A DNA stretch of 63,413 nucleotides, filler included, from Intoshia linei (taxonomy: Eukaryota; Animalia; Orthonectida), in NCBI GenBank assembly GCA_001642005.1. It is 8 parts of 8 records of this genome, joined end to end, with 100 filler letters (N's around TTAATTAATTAA, not from the genome) between each part and the next. Parts side by side here need not be neighbours in the genome. Positions count along the whole stretch, not along the records: positions 27,006 to 31,278 come from LWCA01001958.1; positions 31,379 to 47,727 come from LWCA01000875.1; 6 more parts are not named here. One strand, written 5' to 3'. Below the pieces are notes generated by a model, which did not search any database, was not told the DNA's origin, and saw nothing but the letters and a program-made list of their open reading frames with translations. A program made the position numbers and the translations under genes. This document shows positions 27,186 through 40,680 of the stretch, piece after piece (within the stretch, counting starts at the first letter, position 1; each line of letters begins with the position of its first letter).

Positions 27186-30100
27186 ATGAAATCATTGAAA
27201 AACCGCATTAACGAATACTTAATTTGTCTTTTATCGTTTTGGACTAATGGTCTTGTATTTTCTTTTATTTATTCATTCGGAATTATATACAGAAAATTAT
27301 TCCAGATATATGATATGGAAAATAAAGCAACCAAATTATGTAATTGATTTATATTATTTTCCAAATAATGATGATATGCCATCTTCAATATTTATGAACT
27401 AACTAGGTTGACTGTTATGTACTACGTACAAACAGGACCTAGCTCTGCCAAATTATTTCACATTTTTTTTTTAATAAAATATTTTGGAAAAAAATATATG
27501 ATTACTAAAATGCTTTTTTGACCATGAAGTCGTCAGTTATTCAGATTGAAATTTTTTGTGTGTGTTAACAGGATACAACTGTACCACCTGTAAATTTTTT
27601 TAAATTTAAATTTATAATAATGTTCATGATTTTAAAATCCGCATCAGCGTATATATTTTTTTAAATTCTCCAACTCGTTTGATTTTCAAAAGGAGGGACT
27701 ATTGGGGTTTTTGACCTGTAAGATGTGAGTTTGAGAGATTGAAATTTATTTTGCGAACACCCCCGGACAAAACTTTAATTGAAATGTGGACTTCATATTA
27801 AATCTAAGACCAGGTGGTTATTTAAATAAAGTGGAACACACAAACAAAAATCGTGTAGCATATTATATAAGTAAGGAAGATCTCTAATATGTGATTTTTT
27901 TATTAGAATATGCTAAATGTCATTTTTGAGTTTTTTATTCACATTATACTAACTTTTCTGTTAAGTACTACATACAAATCATAGCTAGCTGTCTTAGGCG
28001 GACGTTTCGATAAAAAATAATGAAATATATAACAAAAATTGATTGTTATAAACTTTTGAAATTAAAATTAAGCCATGAAAAATGATATTTTGATTTGAAA
28101 TTGAATCCTAAATTTTTAAATTTGTAGTATAGATTTATGACAATTTCGTTATTAATTAATTAAATTAACAGTCATTTAATAATTTGACTAAATTAAAATG
28201 CAAATATTCTGAATTCAAATCAATTCCTAAATTATATATAATAATTATAATAATCGTTCAACATAGCCTTTAATATAAACCAGGGGTCGCCAACCTTTTC
28301 CATTTTGTGGGCCACTTTTTTATACCAAAAAATTATACGGGCACCGTTTTTGAAAATTTACACATGATAAATTTCAATTTTAACTGAAGTGAAACGGTTA
28401 TAATATATTCAACAAAATAAAATCCAGGGCGATCTGAAAATTCAAAATTAAAATAATTATAATGAGCCAATTATAGTAAAAAATGTTTAAAAAAGGTTGA
28501 AAAATATATAATTTACATATTTACTTAAAGGGCCACCAAAATTATTTTGTGGGCCCACAAGTTTCCGAGCCCTATGTTAAAGCGTAATGTAACGGAAGAT
28601 TAATATGACTATTTTGATATTGTAGATCAGCCATTCTCAACTGAGTCCACAGCACTTTTTTGAGGTTTATGAAAATTATATACATTTATCACATATTATA
28701 GATATTTTCAGTAACATAAAGTCGTTTTTAAAAAAAAAACTCAGAAATACTAATATATAATAAAAGTAAATTACTTACAAATGTAAAAACTTATTGGGAA
28801 CCCCCATTGTTCTATTTTAGAAGCAGCGGTTTTACTTAATTGTTTTACTAAAATTTATGACCGAGACAAGTTAAATTTCAAATTGAAAATGGGAAAAAAA
28901 ATCAGTCAATATTTATGATTCTATGAAACATCAACCAAGGGATATAAAATATAAATTCTTTACAGGGTAGATAGATAATATAGACTTTTTATTGATCTGA
29001 TAAAATATGTTGTAAACAATTGATAATGTACTGTAAACAATACCTGAAAAACATGTTCCATTTTGAGAACATTAATGGGTTAAAGTTTAATATTGATAGT
29101 TCATCAAGTTTATCATATCGCAAAAATAGAGTACTCCATGTCTTTTGACCATCATTCGTTTCACCCAAATGTAATGATTCATTAAAAATTTCCATTATTT
29201 GTAATTTTTATGGTATCCACAGGTTTTTTCTAATATCATCTTAGAGTCCTCAGCGAAAAAAGGTTGAGAATGCCTGTTGTAGATCATCAATATTAACTTT
29301 ATGAACCAAAAGTAGTCAATAATTATTTAATTATAATTAAAAAACATGTTTTTTTATCTTCAATATATTTCCAGGGTTGTACTTTGTTTATATTGTTTTA
29401 AACTATTTGTAATCAGGGATTGACATTAATTGATTGCAACCAATTTAATTGCATTAAATGGTAAAAGTTATTGAAAAATGAAAAAATATTTTACAATTAA
29501 TTGCTTTATAAAAAATAATTGTAATGATTGAATTGGTTTATTGAAATATAAAAAAATTTCAATTAATTAAAGATTAATGACAATATCATAATTATTTTTA
29601 TATAACTGTCATGTGGTTATAATTACTATATTAGGATGCTGTTGTCTGACGTACATAACAGTCAAGCTAGTAGGTTAAAAAATCATTTTTTTGGTGACAA
29701 ACGCGTTTATATTTTTTTTAAAATTGCATAGAATAATGAAAAGTTGTTAATATTTTATTATATATGAAACTATTTCAGTTGCATTATATTTTATTTGCAA
29801 AATAGTAAATAGAAAATATTTTCATATTATTTATTTTATTTCTTCCTTCGAATTTAGAAATAATTTATTTTCTAAAAATAAATAAAGCATGGTGAGACTG
29901 CGATACGCTACAACGAGTTTTGATAGTGACAACTTAATATTGTATTATAATAAATTATAGTGTATAATGATGAAATTTAATTTTTGAACTACATAAAAAA
30001 AATTTAATTAATTTTTTCGTCAATAAAAAGATTCAATTTATATTTCTTCAGTTATATGAAAAATTAATATTTAGCAAACAATAAATTGGTTTATACAAAA

Positions 30101-30784
30101 TAATTAGTTGCAATCAATTATTTACAATCCCTGTCTGTAATTTAATTGGTTTTAGCCGCTTTGGGATCAATTTTGAATGGATCACTTTATCTTGGAGCTG
30201 GTATATCTAGCTTAATTATTTCAGCAATAGGAATACAAAAAACGGCTGCAATTGGAATAATAGTATCAATAACGTCTCTTATTATAACATCTTTTTGTAT
30301 AAAATACTTATATGTAATGTACATATTTTATGGTGTATGTTTGGGACTAGGCAGTTCAATGACGGCTATGGCCTCAATATGCATAATTCTCAAAAAATTT
30401 TATCATCACATTGGTGTTTACATGGGATTTGTTACATTAGGGGCCAGTGTTTTTACTATTGTTATGCCGTACATTTTCTCATTTATTATATCTAAATATG
30501 GAATTGAAAATGTGTTCCGATTTCAAGCATTTTTATATATCGTTCCGATAGTTGGAGTTTATGTCTGGAAAACGGATAATACAACGCCACAGTTTGTTTC
30601 GGCTGAATCTCTTGAAAGAATCGATAGTTATTCAATCAAAGAATCTTCCGGTATTATTATAAATAGTGATTATAAGTGTACATCAAGCATCACCAACTTT
30701 CGGCCTTATCAAGATTTTGTGGTGCCCGCACAACTTTGTTATTTTATGAACATTTTTTCCATTTGTTTTTCAAAAATTTTTTAA
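27186..30784 (+). CDS. Major facilitator superfamily transporter, monocarboxylate (SLC16/MCT)-like, N-terminal half. A possible further exon lies at about 31921-32006.
   Basis: Exon 27186-27339 (M..LICLLSFWTNGLVFSFIYSFGIIY..) splices in phase 1 to the exon starting at 30156 (SALGSILNGSLYLGAG..YGVCLGLGSSM..KKF..G..MGFVTLGASVFT..FIISKYGIENVFR). The hydrophobic TM pattern is typical of MCT TM1-6. The 3' boundary is uncertain. Confidence 0.82.
27403..27877 (-). mobile_element. Non-autonomous Helitron (both termini) in the MFS intron
   Basis: A|CTAGGTTGACTGTTATGTACTACGTACAAACAG (reverse complement of the 3' hairpin + CTAG) and ...TTATATAAGTAAGGA (reverse complement of the 5' TCCTTACTTATATAA). Confidence 0.82.
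28281..28574. mobile_element. hAT MITE (degenerate)
   Basis: CAGGGGTCGCCAACC ... GTTTCCGAGCCCTA, with GTGGGCC motifs; TSD not conserved. Confidence 0.6.
28628..29276. mobile_element. hAT (Buster-type) derivative
   Basis: CAGCCATTCTCAAC ... GTTGAGAATGCCTG; perfect TSD TTGTAGAT. Confidence 0.88.
29414..30133. mobile_element. hAT (Ac-type TSD) MITE with a nested Helitron 3' fragment (29636-29670)
   Basis: 27-bp TIR CAGGGATTGACATTAATTGATTGCAAC / GTTGCAATCAATTATTTACAATCCCTG; TSD TTTGTAAT/TCTGTAAT. Confidence 0.82.
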
Positions 30785-31378
30785 CTAACTGTACCAGTAG
30801 ATTTAAAAAATCAACAGTAAAGTAACACAAATTAACAGTAATATTACTTAACTTAAATAATTAACTGAACTTAACAGTAAATTTAAAGATTAAATAAATC
30901 TAACCTAAAGATTTTGGTAAATGGTGAACATGCTAGTCAAAAGGTACGTGCAACTAATTACACAAAACGTAAAATGTTTATAAACTCAGGTATACATTAT
31001 ATTAACCAGTAATAATTACCAAAGTGGAATCTCTGTTAAATATTCAGTTTAATTAGCAGAGTTTACGCTATATTTTGACACTTTTTAGGGATCAATATCA
31101 TAAGTATCAACTTATAATATCGATAAAATTTTGATGTTTTTTGATATAAAAGAAATGATTCCAACATGCTCGTTTCTCCTCTTAATTAATAATAAACTTT
31201 TCGTAACTCCTCGCATACTTTAAAATCATATAAAAGAATTACGAATGAGTTGGAACTATTGTATTTTACAAAATATAANNNNNNNNNNNNNNNNNNNNNN
31301 NNNNNNNNNNNNNNNNNNNNNNTTAATTAATTAANNNNNNNNNNNNNNNNNNNNNNNNNNNNNNNNNNNNNNNNNNNN

Positions 31379-31853
31379 AACTCAAAAACAAAAACTCGAT
31401 TTTTCCATTAAAGGTTGGTAAAAGTGGGTTTTTCCATATAGGTTGGTAAAATAGGGGTTTTTTCTTTAGGGGTTTGTAAAAGTAGATTTTTCCCTTAAAG
31501 GTTGGTATAATTGGATTGTTCCCTTCAAGGTTGGTAAAACTGAAATTTTAATGATAATTTATGGTTTTAGCCCTAAAGATATATTTTTTAAATTTAAATT
31601 TATGATAATATTTACGATTTTAAAATCCGTATCAGAGTATATATTTTTTTTAAATTCTCCAACTCGTTTGATTTTTCAAAAAAGGACAATTGGGGTTTTT
31701 GACCCGTAAGATGTGAGTTTGGGAGGTTAAAATTTATTTTGTTAACACCTCGAAAAAACTGTAATTGAAATATGGATATAAAATTTTATGACTGGTAGTT
31801 ATTGAAATAAACGACAACACACAGACAAACAAAGCATATTATATAAGTAAGGA
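31379..31853 (-). mobile_element. Helitron 5' portion carrying the minisatellite
   Basis: Ends TTATATAAGTAAGGA|T (A^TC on the minus strand). Body matches 27600-27870. GGTTGGTAAAA repeats at 31400-31545. Confidence 0.78.
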
Positions 31854-32442
31854 TGATTGTACAATGCACATAGAAAAATAACAGATTTAATTATAAAAAA
31901 ATTAAGATTTGTGTTTCTAGGTGGTTTGGGAGAAGGCGGAATTTTTTCATTCTGCTGGATCATCGTTGATGCAGATTTTTTTTATAATACTGTATTTGAA
32001 ATTACAGTATGCCAATATACATAATTGTAACATTGTGAAAAAAAGAAATTATGATTAAGTGCTAATTTTAAATAATATCATACTTGACGATAATGTTACT
32101 AATATAATTATACACTGCATTGAGTAAATCCCTAGATTAATTAAAATTTTCAAAATGTTGTCTAATAGACATTACATGTATTGTTAATGCAGATATTTTT
32201 AAAAAATTGAAACATGTATGAATCAGTAGTACGAACTAGTGTGTTCAATTTAGTTTTTTTAGAAACTCAGTAAGTAGTTCTAAGTACTTAGTTTTACAAA
32301 ATAAAAAACTAAAAACATTTGATGAATTTTCAGTTTTCGTTTGCAAAACGTAAAAAATTCAAAACGTAAAATTAAAATTTCAAATTTTTGATAAAAATAG
32401 GAAATAAATTAATAGCAATACTGACTCAGTAAAACGTGATCA

Positions 32443-33060
32443 ATGGGGTGTGACAAAATTTTAAAAATTAAGTACAGGATCGGAAAAAGTTGACTAATTA
32501 ATCAAAAATGACAATACAAAAAACACATTTAAATTAGATAAAAATTTGCGGAGACGCTTGCGCTTTTAAAGATGCCATACAAAAATGTTGTAAAAAAATA
32601 AATAACTTTATTTAATGAAATTTTACTATCGAATGTGTTATATGTTTTGAATAGTCTTGCGTTGATCGTCATGTTGGGTTGTTCACTTTGCATCTTAAAA
32701 TTCAATTCTACCTAGTTTACTTTTTATTTTATCTATTTTTAAAGTTCTTATCATTTTTGATTGATAAAAATTTTGACTAAAAACAAAAATAAATTAGGTA
32801 GAATTGAATTTAAAGATGCAAAGTGAACCAAACACGACCACTCAAACATAGCTACAGTATCTCATCATAGCATTCCAGTAAATAAAGTTATATTTTAGTT
32901 TTTTTGGAACATTTTTGTATGAAATTTTTTAAAAATGGCAAGCGTCTTCGCAAAACATTCTCTAATATCATTTTTTTCATAAATCAATAAATATCATAAA
33001 TCAAAAAAAAATATTTTTATCATAAAATTTCTAAAAAAACTACTAAAATTCACATCCCTA
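32443..33060. mobile_element. Foldback MITE immediately upstream of VARS
   Basis: Inverted arms at about 32535-32720 and 32790-32966 (e.g. GTTCACTTTGCATCTTAAAATTCAATTCTACCTA / TAGGTAGAATTGAATTTAAAGATGCAAAGTGAAC). Outer GGGGTGTGA / TCACATCCC. Confidence 0.75.
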
Positions 33061-33169
33061 GTAATCAACTTATTAACGTTAATAAACAAAATAAATTCAA
33101 TTTAATCTATACTTCGTTGTTTAAATTTAACCACGACTACTTTAATACTATTAGATAAACGGTGTGACA

Positions 33170-36100
33170 ATGAAAGAACGTAATTTAATTAAATTATCTG
33201 AAACTACTGCACAAATGGACACTGAAAATTTATCAAAATCTCAATTAAGAAAAAAAGAAAAGAAAGAATTCAAACTACAAAAATACAATGCAAAAATGAA
33301 TAAAAAAAGTGCTGAACCAAAAAAAGTAAAAGATTCTCAAGTAAAATTTGACGATATAATTTATAAAAAAAACACGATAAAAGGAGAAAAAAAGGACACA
33401 TCAGAATTTCCATCTAAATACTCTCCCATATACGTGGAAAAATGTTGGTTAGACTGGTGGATCGAAAAAGGATTTTTTGAACCTCAAGGTAACGGTGAAC
33501 CGTTTACAATTATTATACCTCCTCCCAACATTACGGGCAATTTGCATTTAGGTCACGCTTTAACCACAGCTATCGAAGATAGTTTGGTTAGATGGAATAG
33601 AATGCTGGGCAAACGTGTTTTGTACAACCCTGGATGTGACCATGCTGGAATAGCAACTCAGATTGTTGTTGAAAAAATTATCAAAAACACTGAAAACAAA
33701 TCCCGTCACGATATAGGACGTGAAAACTTTATTGAAAAGGTTTATGAATGGAAAGATGAAAAAATGGATAGTATATATTCTCAATTAAAAATGTTGGGGG
33801 GATCATACGATTGGACTAGACCTGTTTTTTCAATGGATGCAAAATGCGTTAATGCTGTTAAAAAGGCTTTTATTGATTTTCACGAGGAAGGTTTAATTTT
33901 CAGAAAATTTCGACTTGTAAATTGGTCCTGTTCCTTAAAATCGGCAATTTCAAATATAGAAGTAGATAAATTGGAAATTAGCGGACCGACATATGTTAAA
34001 GTGCCAGGATATAATTCTGTTAAATTTGGAACAATAATTTACTTTGCTTACAAATTGTTTGATTCAGACGATGAAATCATAGTGGCTACAACGCGAATTG
34101 AAACAATGCTAGCCGATAAAGCTATCGCTGTGAACCCCAAGGATGAAAGATATTTAAAATATCATGGAAAATTTGTAGTTCATCCGTTTAATGGCGAAAA
34201 ATTGCCAATTATACCAGATAATTTTGTAGATATTGATTTTGGAACCGGTGCAGTCAAAATTACTCCAGCTCACGACCCAAACGATTATGAATGCGGTATA
34301 AGAAACAATTTAGAAATCTTAGTCTTGATAACCGATGATGGGTATATAAATGAAGTAGGAGGACAATTTTCTGGATTAAAAAGATTTGATGCCAGATTAA
34401 AAGTATTAAACGCTTTAAAAGAAAAGAAATTGTTTAGATCCGAAAAGGATCATTCCATGACTTTAAATATTTGTAGTAGGTCCAAAGATATCATTGAACC
34501 GTTACCAAAAGCTCAATGGTATCTAAATTGCAAAGAAATGTCGGAAAATGCTATAAATGTAGTCAAGAATGGTGAATTGGAAATTATTCCGAGCACATTT
34601 AAAAAAACTTGGTTTTCTTGGTTAGATAATTGTCAAGATTGGTGTATTTCTAGACAATTATGGTGGGGACACCGTATTCCAGTCTATTTTGTTGAAATAA
34701 ACAATCAAGTTAGTGACGAATTTGATTCAAGGTATTGGGTTAGCGCTTATAATGAGGAAAAAGCATTGGAAAAGGCGACGAAAAGATTTAATGTTGAAAA
34801 ATCTTGTATAAATTTACACCAAGATCAAGATGTATTGGACACTTGGTTCTCTGCTGCATTGTTTCCAATTTCATTTTTCGGATGGCCCAATCATTTAGAT
34901 TATAAAAAATTTTATCCAACCTCATTGTTGGAAACTGGACACGACATTTTATTTTTCTGGGTTGCTCGAATGGTTATGGTCTGTACAAAAATTACTAGTC
35001 AGATTCCTTTTAAACAAATTTATTTACATGCCATGATTCGTGATGCACATGGTAGGAAAATGAGCAAATCTTTAGGAAATGTCATAGATCCCAGGGATGT
35101 TATTACCGGCGCTTCTCTAGAAAAATTAAATGATACTCTTGACAATGGCTTGTTGGATGAAAAAGAAATTAATAAGGCTAAAGCTGGACAGAAAAAAGAT
35201 TTTCCTAATGGTATACCTCAGTGTGGATCTGATGCTATGCGATTTTCTTTGTGCATTTATACATCACAATGTAATTTTTTTGTGTTTTAGTTAGTGCGGC
35301 CAAAGTTCCAGACCATTACTCCACGGAGTAGTTCCATAACAACGACTCCAATTTCATAAATTTTACGAGTATACATTTAGATTAGCAACTCCAAAAATGT
35401 CACAATTTAACTTAAATTTCAAGTTTTATGCAAATATTTTGATTTATTTTGTCATTTTAAAACTTTATCACTAAATTTTTAGTACTTTTTTTAAATATTT
35501 TCATAAGAATGTTACAATTTTGTTATTTACTAAAATTTATAATATATATTAAAATTTTGCCATTTTATTAGATTAGAGATAATTTGATGTTAATTTCTTT
35601 GATTTTTAATCAAAAATTTATAATGAATATTACATTTATTAAAAAAAATTTTAAGATGAAAAATTTCCAATAAATTCAATTTTCCATAAAGTATAATTTA
35701 TGGAACTATTTCAGCAAATAACAATTGTAAATTTCGAAAATACAGATTTCAAAATGATCATTTTTAAATGAAGAATTTAACTTTATATTTGGCAACTTTG
35801 ACTGCGGCCATATTGTATACATAGATATTTACATAAAAAACAAAATTTATCATAATTGTAAAATTTTCATTTCTTTTTTTAAGTTATGTCATTACTACGT
35901 ATTTATGGGCACACTATTTTAGTGCAATATTTTTTTATATCATTTTTAAAATATTTTGATTTTAAAACCTATCCAATAATTTAATTAATTTTAATTTAAT
36001 ATCTGTGTGTTACGCTTTATTTAAATAACTACCTGTCTTATAATTTTATAAAGTCCACATTTCAATTACAGTTTTTTCCGGGACGTATAATAAGATAAAT

Positions 36101-38796
36101 TTTAACCAGCTAAATTCACATCTTACGGGTCAAAAACCCCAGTTGTCCCTCTTTTTGAAAATCAAACAAGTTGGAGAATTTAACAAAATATATACGCTGA
36201 TGCGGATTTTAAAATCATAAATATTATCATAAATTTAAATTTAAAAAAATTATATCTTCAAGGCCAAAACCCCAAATTACCCTTATTTTTTTAANTTAAA
36301 AAAATTATATCTTCAAGGCCAAAACCCCAAATTACCCTTATTTTTTTAATGAAAACAGCCCTAGAATTTCAACAAATTTACAGGTGGTACAGTTGTATCC
36401 TGTTAACACACATAAAAATTTTCAATTCGAATAAGTGACGACTTCACGGTCAAAAAAGCATTTTAGTATTCATATATTTTTATTAAAACAAAAAATGTGA
36501 AATATTAATAATTAATGATCCGAAAATTAAAAAAAAAAGAAAAGATTCTTCTGATAGAGCTTATTCCATTTCATATAATTAAAAATTTTGAACCCCTGAC
36601 ATCTACGCTTTCCCAGTGAAAAATAATTTTTAATATATTATCAACCAATATTTCGATTAAAATAAAAATTGAAAATGTAAATATTGATCCTACAATTTCA
36701 AAATAAAGTTCATTGTACGTCTACACATTTCCAATAAAAACATATGGGTGAAAATCTATATAATTCATTTGTCAAATTTCATACTATGATATTCAATGAT
36801 ATATATTATGTCATCATGAATATCATTCCTTCGTAATTTTTAAATTTCAAATTTTTATTAAAACATTAAAATTTAAATAAGAAACTACAACAACGAAACT
36901 AACAACTTTGATAATTTTAAAACCTTGATCAGATTGTGTGTTTTTTATAATTTTAGGACTGTTTGAATTTTCAAAAAAAGGATAATTGGTGTTTTGGACC
37001 TTGAAGGACTCAATTTCTGAAAATAAAATTTGCGATAAAATATCACCCTCGAAAAACTGTCATCGAAATATGGAATTTTTAAAACTCGACCCCTCTTAAT
37101 TTCTTAAATAAACCGGAACAAACAGATAAATAAATAAACAGTCATACAGTTTTAACGGAATTACTTTATATAAGTTACGATAATTATTTGTTTATTTTAT
37201 TATTTATGAGATTTCATATTTTAATGAATTCAATTAGCTCGCGATATAAATCTAAACGTACTCAGAATTCGTTCCGTTCGGTTCTTTTGCAATAAAGTCT
37301 GGAATGCTACAAGATTTTGTTTGGAATGTTTTGATCAAGTTTTAGAACCTTTTGAATTGGATTCATTTGACGTAATTTTTATTTTGTACTATTTTTTGTA
37401 TTACTGTTATTATAAGGATTATATTCGATTATGTCTATCTAGGACATGGGTTCTTAATATGGGGTGCTTGCACCCCAGGGATGCCAAAATAGTTTTTTTT
37501 GGGTGGGTGCCAGAAAATTTTTGAATAAAAATTACATCTGTGAAATGAATCATTTTATTGAATTAAGGTGTCCCAAGTGCAAAAAGGTTAGTTACAGTAT
37601 TTTTATGTTCAGTTACTGAATTTTCCTTTACTTTTTATTTTTCTTCTGAACTGCAGTAACTAAGCGTTCGGAGAACTAATGCTGCGAAATTTTAAAAGTA
37701 ACTAAACTTTTGCTTACACTATTTATAAATACTAATGAACATTGTTATTATGATTATTATAAATTATTAGATTACTTCAATTTTAACAGATGATGTAAAT
37801 AACTGGATTTTACATCAATTATATGAAACTGTAAATAAATGCAACAATTGTTTTTCTTCATTTAATTTATCTGAAGTGGCTACGACATTATTATCATTCT
37901 GGATAACAAAATTCTGTGATATTTTTGTTGAATACGTAAAGTTATATTGTAAAAAAACAAATGAAAAAAAGCACCCATCAAACCAAGAACATTTAAAAGT
38001 GCTCTATTTTTGCATTCACACTTCTTTATTATTATTACACCCCCTCATGCCATTTTTAACAGAGGAATTGTATCAAAGAATTGCCATTTACAATTTGGAT
38101 CGAAGTGAATCCATTACAATTGCAAAATACCCTACCACTCTACAGGTTTAAATGTACATTTAATTCTTTTTTATTTAAAAATTTTAGTTTATAAAATATA
38201 AAAATTTAACGGTGGAAAATGAAGTAGATATGCTAATGCAAACAGTAAAGGAAATTAGGTCATTAAGAGCAGAATTTTCGTACGATACTTGTTGTGACAG
38301 TATAAAATTTAGGAAAATAAAAATTTTGTATTTTTTAGTTATACTTGAAGCCAGCCCAATTTACCTAAATTGTTTTAAAAAATTTACCCGAGTCATTAAA
38401 TTATTTGGAAATGCAAAAGATGTAATTTTAACTGGAATGGACGATGAAAAAATTAACACCACTTGCATAGATTGGGCGTTTTCTAAAGACGTGACAATAA
38501 AAATTTGTTGTAATGTAATGTCTTTTCAATATTTATGAATAATTTAAAATTTAGAATGATAAATTTAATGTAAATGTCCAACGACAAAAAATTGTTGATA
38601 AAAAGGAATCAATATGTATAAATTTAACCGATCTAAAGAAAAAAAAGTTTGACCAAAATTTCACTTCCCATGCACCAGATCACGTTATAAATTTAAACAA
38701 TGAAAAGGTTATTTATAATTGACTTTATTCTAATATTAGCATTAGATTGACGATTTGGAATGTCAATTAAAACGCTTAAATTTAATTAAATTTTAA
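33170..38796 (+). CDS. VARS: Valyl-tRNA synthetase (cytoplasmic type), multi-exon
   Basis: PPPNITGNLHLGH, DHAGIATQ, DWCISRQLWWGHRIP, DVLDTWFS, GHDILFFWVARM and KMSKS in exon 33170-35270. Further exons: 37238-37371 (SRDINLNV..FCNKVWNATRF), 37771-38146 (LLHPLMPFLTEELYQ), and short exons to stop TAA at 38794-96. Confidence 0.97.
35301..35800. mobile_element. P-element-like MITE in a VARS intron
   Basis: CAAAGTTCCA ... TGGCAACTTTG termini with a GC-rich 8-bp TSD AGTGCGGC/ACTGCGGC. Confidence 0.65.
36001..37180. mobile_element. Composite of two oppositely oriented Helitron fragments in a VARS intron
   Basis: 36001-36900 matches the + strand Helitron 51300-52010. The region ~36930-37180 is a minus-strand 5' end (TATATAAGTTACGA|T). 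Confidence 0.7.
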
Positions 38797-39689
38797 ATAA
38801 ATGTTTTTATTATCTTTTATTATATGTTAAAATATAATTTACATTCCAATGAGTATTATATTGTTGCACCATGCTTGGTTTTAATTTTAACGCGGGTATT
38901 CAACGTAGTGTCGATTGAAAATTATATTGACATAATCAAATTCTCTGTTCTATTTAAAAATATCATAGATTAATTAAATCAAAACTTTTCCATGAACTTT
39001 AATTTTACTCAATTGTTTGCAAAGAAATATTTTCAAGTGTCCTTCACATTCAACGTCTTTCAGAGGGTATATACATATATCTTACATATATCTTAGAAAC
39101 AATAAAATTGGAATTGAAAGTTCTAACAATTTAAAATTTTCAATAATTTAAAAAGAATTAACAATTTAAAATATGAAATGTGAAATGTTAATTTTGTTGG
39201 TATTTATCATTGGAAATTATTTTTTTACATAATTCACTATCATTTTCCAAATGTTTGTAAAAATTAAAAAACTCTTTACAATCATCTTTATTTTATAATT
39301 ACAATTATAATTTTTTTTGGCATAATTAAAAAATAATTAATTTTTATTAATTAATAAATTTGAAGTTATCCAAGTTAAACGATATAAAGTGTGTTTTTAA
39401 TATAAATTTATTAAAACTTCACTTTATTAAGAAAGTGAAAAATTACAAGTAAAAAATTGACTAAAATTATCGATGGTATTTACGAGTACTTATTTAGTAC
39501 TTATTTTTGACATTTAAATGTTAAAATACTTTGTTAAAATAAGTACTTATGGACACACTAGCTATAGAGTAAACAATTTTAAAATTGTTGTTATGAAACA
39601 ACGTGTAAAATTTATTAACAGACATATTATTAAATAAATTAAAATTAAATTGATTGTTGTCAATATCACTTGTTTTTGCATTTATTTGA

Positions 39690-40680
39690 AATGGAATGTT
39701 ATAAAATGCTAATAAATTTTGCTATATTTGCGGTATGTATATGAAAAGTTTAAGTAAATATGTTATTAATTAATCTATGTTATATTTAGGAAAGAGTTAT
39801 TTGTTGACGAATTCTAAAACGATTGGATTTGTTGATGAAAAAGTTTTTGGTGTACCCATTAGCTCCGATAGTGATTGGACACCAAATAGATGCTGTAATA
39901 CATGTTACGCAATGTTAACCAAGTATTCAAATAATGGTCGTTTCATTACATTTTCTCAACCAAGTCAGAACCCAAGAATCACCCAGAGGACTGTTTCTTA
40001 TGTTTGGTTGTTAAATTGAAGTTCAAATTAACACATTTACCACGTATGAATGAATACCTTGATATTCTTCTATCAAAAAAGCCTATCAGAACAATTAAAA
40101 TAATAAAGGACAGTTATATTGATGAAGATAATGTTAACGATTCTGATTATTTTGAAAGTAATTATCTATCACAATCAGAAATAGACAATTTATTGCAGAT
40201 TTAAATTTATCTATAGGAAAGTTAAAACAACATAAATTAGTTGAAAAAATGTTACGTCAACTTTTCACAGATTAAGAAAGGATTTATTCAAGATTTTACA
40301 TTAATAAAGATGGATTATTTTATTGTAACGTTGTAGATCACTTGATGATAACTTTAAAAATAAAATATAAAGTATCTGAGTGGTATGTGTGTTTATGTAT
40401 GGATGCATCCATAGATAGCTTAAAAGCAGTTTTAAATTTTCTTGGGAATAATAGAAGTGAAAACTACCTAAATATTATCAAAACTATGCTCGCAAATTTT
40501 GAACAAATGGTGTTTTTTTAAGCTATAAGATACACCTCTTAATGTGTCATTCAAATATTTCCTTCTTAAATTGTGGTGCATTATCTGATGAACATGGTAA
40601 AAGATTTTATCAACAATTGAAGGCATTTTAATCGAGATATAAAACCCTAAGAATATGATGGGAGATTATTTATGCATCAT
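39690..40680 (+). pseudogene. Decayed Chapaev3-like (CMC superfamily) transposase
   Basis: Frameshifted fragments FCYICG, DSDWTPNRCCNTC, PRNHPEDCFLC, CGALSDEHGKRFYQ and NMMGDY. The superfamily assignment comes from recalled motifs. Confidence 0.7.

Noticed and set aside
36241-36349. Near-perfect ~54-bp tandem duplication
   Set aside because: The copies are separated by a single N, typical of an unmerged contig overlap.
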